In this document: positions 57,790 through 64,000 of the stretch, piece after piece
How positions within the stretch are numbered: position 1 is the first letter of the stretch
Layout: each line of letters starts with the position of its first letter
Assembly: GCA_963828465.1 (NCBI GenBank)
Contig: CAWHEU010000025.1
Coordinates: 32,001 to 96,000, forward strand
DNA: 64,000 nucleotides
Reading direction: 5' to 3'
From: an uncultured Acidobacteriota bacterium
Lineage (GTDB): Bacteria > Actinomycetota > Acidimicrobiia > Spongiisociales > ZC4RG35
Program-made: the position numbers and the translations under genes
Notes under the pieces: generated by a model
Told to the model about the DNA's origin: nothing
The model's database searches: none
The model's input: the letters and a program-made list of their open reading frames with translations, nothing else

Positions 57790-58224
57790 CTATGAGCCTG
57801 CGCTCCATTCCGACCCGCCGGGCCAGTGCTCCTTCTTCCAGATCGGCGCCCCGGTCTTGAGCTCGTCGATGATGAAACGGGCCGCGGCGAAGGCGTCATC
57901 TCGGTGGGCGCTGGAAACGGCCACCGCCACGGAGACCTCCCCCAGACTCACAGTGCCGGAGCGGTGCTCGACGACGGCTCCCAGGATCGGCCATCGGGCA
58001 GCAGCATCCTCCACGATCTCGCGGATCTTTGGCTCCACCAACTCGGCGTAGACCTCGTAATCGAGGTGGGTGACGCCCGACCTCGCCGATGAGTGGTCGC
58101 GCACCGTGCCCAGGAAGAGCACGGTGGCACCGGAATCGGGCCGCCCGACCTCATTGACCAGCGAGGATGTGTCGATCGGATCGGCTCCGACCGAGACCCT
58201 GATCGGTTGACGGGCGGCGTCCAT
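57790..58224 (-). CDS. moaE: Molybdopterin synthase catalytic subunit
   Basis: GATVLFLGTVRDH, HR.G...GE.SV, SAHR..AF, LK...PIWKKE. Confidence 0.93.
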   Translation of the reverse strand: MDAARQPIRVSVGADPIDTSSLVNEVGRPDSGATVLFLGTVRDHSSARSGVTHLDYEVYAELVEPKIREIVEDAAARWPILGAVVEHRSGTVSLGEVSVAVAVSSAHRDDAFAAARFIIDELKTGAPIWKKEHWPGGSEWSAGS

Positions 58225-58238
58225 AGAATCCCAAGACT

Positions 58239-59443
58239 ATGACCGACATCGGCCCACCCGGGCCGCAGGTGTGGGAGGAGCCCGAAGAGAGCCCCGACAG
58301 CTACGAGGACTACCCGCCGCCGCTCCGCCGCCGCCGCCGCCGCCTCCTGCAGCACCGACCCGGAGCCGGCCGGACATGTGGACCGTCGTGCTCGGTGTTT
58401 TCGGCGGCGCCCTCCTCGGGACCGGGGTGACCCTGGCGATTCTCGGTTTCACCGGCGTATTCGAAGAGCCGGCGGTGCCCACGAACCCACCTCCGCCAAT
58501 TCTGACCGTGCCCCCGCCCACCACGGCTCCAGCGGTCATCGCCGACATAGGGAACGCCACCGAGGTGGCACTGCGGGCGATTCCCAGCATCATCGCGGTC
58601 GAGACAAGCAGCGCACTGGGTGAGGGCGGCGGTAGCGGTGTCGTGTATTCAGACGACGGCTACATCATCACCAACCACCATGTGGTCAGCGAGGCGGACG
58701 AGCTCGCCATCGTGTTCTCGGACGGAGGACGCTGGGTCCCGGAGATCATCGGCATGGACGACCTCACCGACATCGCCGTCCTCCGGGTGACCCGCCCTGA
58801 CCTGACACCCATCGAAGTGGGCTCCTCGGGCTTGCTCGTCATCGGGGAGCGAGCGGTCGCCGTGGGCAACCCCCTGGCCCTCGAAGGCGGGCCATCGGTC
58901 ACCTACGGCATCGTGAGCGCCCTCAACCGGTCGTTGGAGGTGGAGTCAGGAGAGACACTGTTCGGGCTCATCCAAACCGACGCGCCTATCACCCGAGGTT
59001 CTTCCGGCGGTGCCCTGCTCGACAGCGCGGCCCGACTGGTGGGCATCACGACGGCGATCGCCGTCTCCGATGTCGGGGCCGAAGGGCTCGGGTTCGCCAT
59101 CCCGATCGACACTGCCCTGGACGTCGCCAATGATCTAATCGAAGACGGCGTCGTCAGCCATGCCCAACTCGGAATCCAGGGCGAGACCGCATTCGCCGAG
59201 TCCGACGGCGCCGAGTACCCGGTCGGCGTCCTGGTGACGAGCGTGACCCCGGACTCCGCCTACGACCTCGGAGGCGGTCTTACCAACGATGTGATCACGG
59301 CGCTCGACGAGGTCCCGATCACGTCGATGGACACACTTCTCACCGAGCTCCGCACCAGGCGCGCCGGCGAGCTGGTCACCATGGCCGTGACCCGAGCTGA
59401 CGCCGATATCGAGCTCGCCGTGACCCTGGATGGCCGCCCGTGA
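58239..59443 (+). CDS. HtrA/DegP-family serine protease with PDZ domain (frameshift near 58323)
   Basis: Acidic/Pro-rich N-terminus, a TM helix, TNHHV, DIAVL, QTDAPITRGSSGG and a C-terminal PDZ domain. Confidence 0.88.
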
Positions 59444-60510
59444 GCGACGACCTCTTCTCAAAGCTGTTCGATCTCTTCGATCAGCCCGGCCCGATCAACT
59501 GGAAGCTGGCCGCCGAGGTCGCCCGCCATCTGTCCGGCGAGACCGAGCCGGTCGAGCCTTGGGCCGCCGAGGAGTTCCGGGAGCTTGCACGGCTCGCCGA
59601 GTACCGAATCGAGCAGATCGCCCCCTTCCGTGTCGTTCCCGCCCCCGATGTGCTCCCCCTGGATGCCCGGGGGTGGGCGGAGCGCAACCTCGAGTCCTAT
59701 GGCTCCCTGGTCGAGCCTTTCGCCTCCTCGGTTGGCTCCGATGGACCGGCTGCTCCTCTTATGGCCCAACTGGCGCCGGCGATCATCGGGCTCCAGGTCG
59801 GATCGCTCGTCGGTTCGCTGTCGACCTGGGTGGTCGCGTCCTTCGACGCCGGCCTGCCCCAGGATCATCCGGGGAACCTCAGCATCGTGGTGCCCAACAT
59901 CGAGGCCATGACACGCTCTGGCGCGATCGACGACAAGGAGATCCGGTTGTGGATCGTGGCGAACGAGGTGTCATTCAGAGCCGTCTCACAACTTCCGTGG
60001 ATCCACGACCACGTCCATCAGCTCTCCACCGCGTTTGCCGATGCGGTCAAGATCGATCCGACCATGCTCAGTGGCCTGATGGCAGGCGGATCGGATCCCG
60101 AGGCGATCGAGCAGGCGATCCAGGACGCCGGCGGGCTGGAGGGCCTCATGGGTGGCGAGGAAGCCGAGGCGCCACGTCTCGAGTTGGAGGCCTTCCTAGG
60201 CGCAATAACAGGGTGCGGCCGTCTCCTCGCCCGACGCGCCATCGCCGAGCTTTCACCGAACTTCGACGAGATCTCCAACCTGCGTGACCAGGCGCGGGAG
60301 GCTACCGAGGCGGCACCGACGATCGGTGTCGGTCCGGTCCCGCCCGAGGCGACGCGCCTCGGCGACGTGTTCAACCAGGAGGTCGAGCGGCGGTACGGGG
60401 AGGACGCCCTGGAGACCCTCTGGTCCGATCCCACCCGGATGCCGAGCGCCGCCGAACTCCGTGACCCGACGGCCTGGGCAGCCCGCGTCCTTCTGGATGG
60501 GTGGACCTGA
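59440..60510 (+). CDS. DUF2342/zincin-like protein with degenerate Zn motif
   Basis: GPINW..A, L..R.W...N, VPNIE..RLW and LWS.P..MPSAAEL.DP..W are present, but HExxH reads NEVSF. Confidence 0.7.
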   Translation: MSDDLFSKLFDLFDQPGPINWKLAAEVARHLSGETEPVEPWAAEEFRELARLAEYRIEQIAPFRVVPAPDVLPLDARGWAERNLESYGSLVEPFASSVGSDGPAAPLMAQLAPAIIGLQVGSLVGSLSTWVVASFDAGLPQDHPGNLSIVVPNIEAMTRSGAIDDKEIRLWIVANEVSFRAVSQLPWIHDHVHQLSTAFADAVKIDPTMLSGLMAGGSDPEAIEQAIQDAGGLEGLMGGEEAEAPRLELEAFLGAITGCGRLLARRAIAELSPNFDEISNLRDQAREATEAAPTIGVGPVPPEATRLGDVFNQEVERRYGEDALETLWSDPTRMPSAAELRDPTAWAARVLLDGWT

Positions 60511-60512
60511 CG

Positions 60513-60974
60513 ATGCCGCTGACCGTAGGCACACCCGCTCCCGACTTCTCCCTGGTCAGCCAGAACCGCGACAAGATCTCATTGGAAGACCTGAAGGGCA
60601 AGAAGTCGATGATCGTCTTCATGCCCTACCCCCACACCCGGACGTGTGAGGCGGAGGCGTGCGAGATCAGGAACAACTGGGCGGCGTTCGTGGGAATCGA
60701 CGCCAACGTGATCATGATCACGACCCACGCCGGAGCCACCAATCGGGACTGGGCAGAGGACAACGACTACCCCTTCCCAATCCTCTCCGACTACTGGCCC
60801 CATGGCGAGGTGTCCCGGGCTTACGACACCTTCGATGAGACCTTTGGCTACGCCAAGCGGACGACCTACATCCTCGATTCGGACGGCGTGATCAGGGATG
60901 TGATCGCTTCAGACGCACTGAAAGAGGCGCGCCCGTTCTCCGCGTATCTGCCCGCCCTGGAATCGATCTCCTAG
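60513..60974 (+). CDS. Peroxiredoxin, AhpE-like
   Basis: VGTPAPDFSL, PxxxTxxC (PYPHTRTC), SDYWPHGEVS and the conserved Arg. Confidence 0.88.
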   Translation: MPLTVGTPAPDFSLVSQNRDKISLEDLKGKKSMIVFMPYPHTRTCEAEACEIRNNWAAFVGIDANVIMITTHAGATNRDWAEDNDYPFPILSDYWPHGEVSRAYDTFDETFGYAKRTTYILDSDGVIRDVIASDALKEARPFSAYLPALESIS

Positions 60975-61106
60975 CTCCGATCACCCACAACGAGTGAGGC
61001 CACCTCCTTGGGAGTGGACTAGAACGGGATCGTGGCCCGCCGTGGGAGCAGTCGCCGGTAGAACTCACCATGACATGACCGACACCTCGCCGTCGCTTCC
61101 GAGCTG

Positions 61107-62804
61107 ATGACAGCCCGCCTCGTCGCGCCCTTCAGGTCTTGGTGGCGGTCCGTTCGACCCGGACCCGGTGAACTGAAACGGGAGGCCGTGGCCGGCCTTC
61201 CCGGCGCCATCGGCAGCGTGCCCGACGGCATGGCTTCGGCTGTACTGGCCGGGGTGAGCCCGGTGTTCGGGCTCTATGCCAGCTTTGCCGGCCCGATAGC
61301 GGGTGGCCTGTCCGCCAGCACCCGGTTGATGGTGATAACCACGACAACGGCGGCGGCATTGGCCGCGGGCTCGGCGCTGAGCGGAGTGGATCCCGCCGAT
61401 CGGCCCGGATCGCTGTTCCTACTGGTAATCATGGCCGGCGCCCTGATGGTGCTCGCCGGTGTCCTGAGACTGGGCCGGTTCACCCGTTTCGTCTCCCATT
61501 CGGTAATGATCGGCTTTCTCACCGGAGTTGCGGCCAACATCGTCTTCGGACAGCTTCCCGACTTGACTGGGGTCGACGCAGAGGGATCGACGTCGCTGAC
61601 CAAAGGCATCGACGTGATTCTGCACCCGGGAAGCGTCGACGTCCCGTCCCTCCTCGCCGGGTTGGGCACCGTGGTGCTCCTCATCGTTCTCGGGAGGACC
61701 AAGGTCGGCCCTTACGCCTCGATCATCGCACTGGCCATACCCACAGTCCTGGTTCTGGGCATCGACAGCGTGGCCAAGGTCGAGGACGTAGGTGACATTC
61801 CCAGCGGAATTCCCCTTCCGGCTCTGCCTGATCTGAGCGTGATCAATGGCGACCTGATCCTCGTGGCCTTCGCAATCGCAGCCATCGTCCTCGTCCAAGG
61901 GTCCGGCGTGGCCGAGTCGGCGCCAAACCGTGATGGCACGATGTCGGATCCGAACCGGGATTTCATCGCCCAGGGAGCAGGCAACATCGCCTCGGGGTTC
62001 TTCAAAGGGATGCCGGTCGGAGGCTCGGTCGGTCAGACCGCCCTGAATACCAGTGCGGGAGCGCAGGGCCGTTGGGCAAGCATCTTCTCAGGCGTCTGGA
62101 TGTTGATGATCCTGGTGCTGTTCTCGGGCATCGTCGGAATGGTCGCGATGCCGACACTTGCGGCGATCCTCATAGTTGCCGCCATCGGCTCGTTGCGGGT
62201 GGGTCAGATCCAGTCGATCCTGCGCACCGGGCCCACCTCGAGGATCGCCTTGATCGGCACCTTCATCGCCACCCTCATACTGTCGATCCCCCAGGCAGTT
62301 GGGGTGGGCGTGATCATCTCACTTCTATTGCAGCTGAACCAAGAGGCGCTCGACCTGCGGGTCGTCGAGCTCGTACCCCGACCCGACGGATCGTTCGAAG
62401 AGCGCCCTGCCCCCGATCGGCTCACGAGCCATTCCGTCACGCTCCTCGATGTATACGGCAGCCTGTTCTATGCCGGTGCGAGGACGCTTCAGGCTCGCCT
62501 CCCCGAGATCGGCGCCGCCATCAGACCCGTCGTCGTGCTCCGCCTCCGTGGTCGCAACATGCTGGGGGCGACCGCGTTCAAGGTGTTCAGCGACTACTCC
62601 GAATCACTCCGGGCAGCACATGGCAAGCTCTACCTCAGCGGCGTGGACCCGGCGCTCATGCAGCAGTTCTCTCACGCCGGGCACGTCCATGCCACCGGCC
62701 CGGTGGAGATGGTGGAGGCCACACCGAACCTGGGCGAGTCGAGTCTGTCCGCCTACCACCAAGCCGAGACCTGGGTGATCGAGCACAGGCCGCCGGCTGA
62801 CTGA
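61107..62804 (+). CDS. SulP-family anion transporter with STAS domain
   Basis: VPDGMA..LAGV.P.FGLYA, GF.TG, NRDFIAQG.GN, GSLFYA. Confidence 0.92.
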   Translation: MTARLVAPFRSWWRSVRPGPGELKREAVAGLPGAIGSVPDGMASAVLAGVSPVFGLYASFAGPIAGGLSASTRLMVITTTTAAALAAGSALSGVDPADRPGSLFLLVIMAGALMVLAGVLRLGRFTRFVSHSVMIGFLTGVAANIVFGQLPDLTGVDAEGSTSLTKGIDVILHPGSVDVPSLLAGLGTVVLLIVLGRTKVGPYASIIALAIPTVLVLGIDSVAKVEDVGDIPSGIPLPALPDLSVINGDLILVAFAIAAIVLVQGSGVAESAPNRDGTMSDPNRDFIAQGAGNIASGFFKGMPVGGSVGQTALNTSAGAQGRWASIFSGVWMLMILVLFSGIVGMVAMPTLAAILIVAAIGSLRVGQIQSILRTGPTSRIALIGTFIATLILSIPQAVGVGVIISLLLQLNQEALDLRVVELVPRPDGSFEERPAPDRLTSHSVTLLDVYGSLFYAGARTLQARLPEIGAAIRPVVVLRLRGRNMLGATAFKVFSDYSESLRAAHGKLYLSGVDPALMQQFSHAGHVHATGPVEMVEATPNLGESSLSAYHQAETWVIEHRPPAD

Positions 62805-62813
62805 TCTGAGCCG

Positions 62814-63758
62814 CTAGAGCGGCCGGGCCGAGCCAACCTGGCCGAACAGGTTCCGCCACAGCCGACGGAACAGACCGGGATCCTCAGGTGCGGGAAGACC
62901 GGACAGCACCTCCTCGTGCATGTCGGGTGGCAGGTCCCCGACCAGCGCCATACCTCCGGAGCTCGTCTCCCAGGCGTAGGTGACGTCGCCGGCGCCAGAG
63001 GAGCGAATGTAGGGCTGCTCGCCGACCGTGACCAATGAGCCGCTCTCGGCGGCGACGATGGCAGGCGTCTGGAATACGGCGAAGGAGAAGAACCCGTCCG
63101 AGTAGTAGGCGAAGGTGAACCCTTCCTCGTCCTCGTAGACGTCGAGTCGCTCGAAGTTCCCCAGCGTCTCCGGAAGATTCGACTCGACGCCTCCCTCGGC
63201 AGACTCGACGCTGGGGGCGGCCTCCGTATCCGTAGCCGGTGGGATGCCTGGATCGAATGTCACGAAGCGGCGCTCGCAGAAGACGCTTCCATCGGCGTTG
63301 AAAGTCACAACCCGGAGCAGCGCCCCGGCTTCGACGTCGAATACCAGCTCGGCCCGTACCACTCCGTTGCCGGTCATCCGATACAAGGTCGCATCGCGGC
63401 CCAGGTACTCGGTCTCGGTGCCCTCATCCACCGTGTAGCGGGGCTCGGGCTCCTCGCCCGCACCCTGGACATTGGCGCTGCTGACCACTGCTCCCTCACG
63501 GAGCAGGGTCCAACCACCCAAGCCAGAAGCCACTTCGACTTCGGGCGCCACCGGGGCACCGATGTGTAGCTCACCGCTGGCCTGGCTCAATTCGATGACC
63601 GCGTTGCGAGCACCATCAGGCGTCGAGCAGGTGATCACCTGCTCGGCTGTATATGCAGCCTCCCTGCTCTCATCGAGCAACTCGTCGAGATCCGCTGCGA
63701 ACGCTGCCGAGGCCGGGAGGAGCACCAGCACGGCGGCAAGGGCGATCGCTCGTCTCAC
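62814..63758 (-). CDS. MucB/RseB-like exported protein
   Basis: Signal peptide ASA-AFA, a LolA-like segment YLGRDATLY..DVEAGALLR....DG, YSDGFFSFAVFQ and LVGDLP. It lies directly downstream of an anti-sigma-like gene. Confidence 0.7.
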   Translation of the reverse strand: MRRAIALAAVLVLLPASAAFAADLDELLDESREAAYTAEQVITCSTPDGARNAVIELSQASGELHIGAPVAPEVEVASGLGGWTLLREGAVVSSANVQGAGEEPEPRYTVDEGTETEYLGRDATLYRMTGNGVVRAELVFDVEAGALLRVVTFNADGSVFCERRFVTFDPGIPPATDTEAAPSVESAEGGVESNLPETLGNFERLDVYEDEEGFTFAYYSDGFFSFAVFQTPAIVAAESGSLVTVGEQPYIRSSGAGDVTYAWETSSGGMALVGDLPPDMHEEVLSGLPAPEDPGLFRRLWRNLFGQVGSARPL

Positions 63759-64000
63759 TCGAGGATGTCCCCCAGATCCGGGACTACCACCTTGGCCGGC
63801 CCGAATGCAGGATCGAGCGAAGCACGCGCGCCGTAGCGGCTGTTCAACTCCTCGAGGGTGACCAATGGGGTCGACGGAGTGACAATGGCGGCAATTGCGA
63901 TGATGAGAGCGACGGCCGCTGCAGCGGCGCCGACCAAGAATCCCTTGTTCCGTCGCAGCGGCACGACTTCCGCATCGGCTTCGGGGATCAATCCTGGTGG
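63755..64000 (-). CDS. Anti-sigma factor-like membrane protein (5' part outside window)
   Basis: VVPLRR followed by an AAAAAVA TM helix, typical of actinobacterial anti-sigma proteins. It is coupled to the RseB-like gene. Confidence 0.55.
   Translation of the reverse strand, partial: PPGLIPEADAEVVPLRRNKGFLVGAAAAAVALIIAIAAIVTPSTPLVTLEELNSRYGARASLDPAFGPAKVVVPDLGDILE

Noticed and set aside
58310-58350. CCG trinucleotide repeat as a contingency locus
   Set aside because: It encodes the poly-Pro linker of HtrA. The adjacent frameshift is a single-base loss, not a repeat-unit change.

Overview
High-GC actinobacterial chromosome segment. Gene content and the Thr-rich lipoprotein N-termini suggest Acidimicrobiia, but that is inference. 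There are three blocks. (1) 1-24.3 kb: a large catabolic cluster. It holds 2 creatininase-fold proteins, 2 M24-fold proteins lacking the metal ligands, 2 non-canonical DapA-like aldolases, 2 alpha/beta hydrolases (one resembling 2,6-dihydroxypseudooxynicotine hydrolase), an ACMSD-like amidohydrolase, an LVIVD propeller, a threonine synthase-like PLP enzyme, an ornithine cyclodeaminase-like protein, an orphan Mo-hydroxylase large subunit, dehydrogenases, an MFS transporter and a peptide-type ABC importer. One LacI-type palindrome (about GCACAAWCGWTTGTGC) recurs in every promoter region, which points to a single regulon for an unidentified, probably N-heterocyclic substrate. (2) 24.3-40 kb: an accessory patchwork (ArsR-SRPBCC, PadR-permease, MetE-like, GMC, VOC-AraC-UvrA2-FAD monooxygenase, DUF2515-like, ndh, 3-hydroxyacyl-CoA dehydrogenase, gene fragments). 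It ends at the 3' end of tRNA-fMet and carries two decayed tyrosine-integrase C-termini with GGTAGA repeats. (3) 40-64 kb: mostly core-like genes: cytochrome c/DUF6529-like pair, SDR, a 50-aa lipoprotein behind a SigF/SigB-type promoter, a divergent infA paralog next to vapBC, UPF0182, a DivIVA protein with a MuF-like C-terminal motif, PDZ-Lon, BioY, a Liv-type ABC system with acyl-CoA ligase, MoaE, HtrA, a DUF2342-like protein lacking HExxH, AhpE, SulP, RseB-like and a partial anti-sigma. About 9 single-base frameshifts in 7 genes look like assembly errors. All family calls come from recognising motifs by eye; no database search was run.
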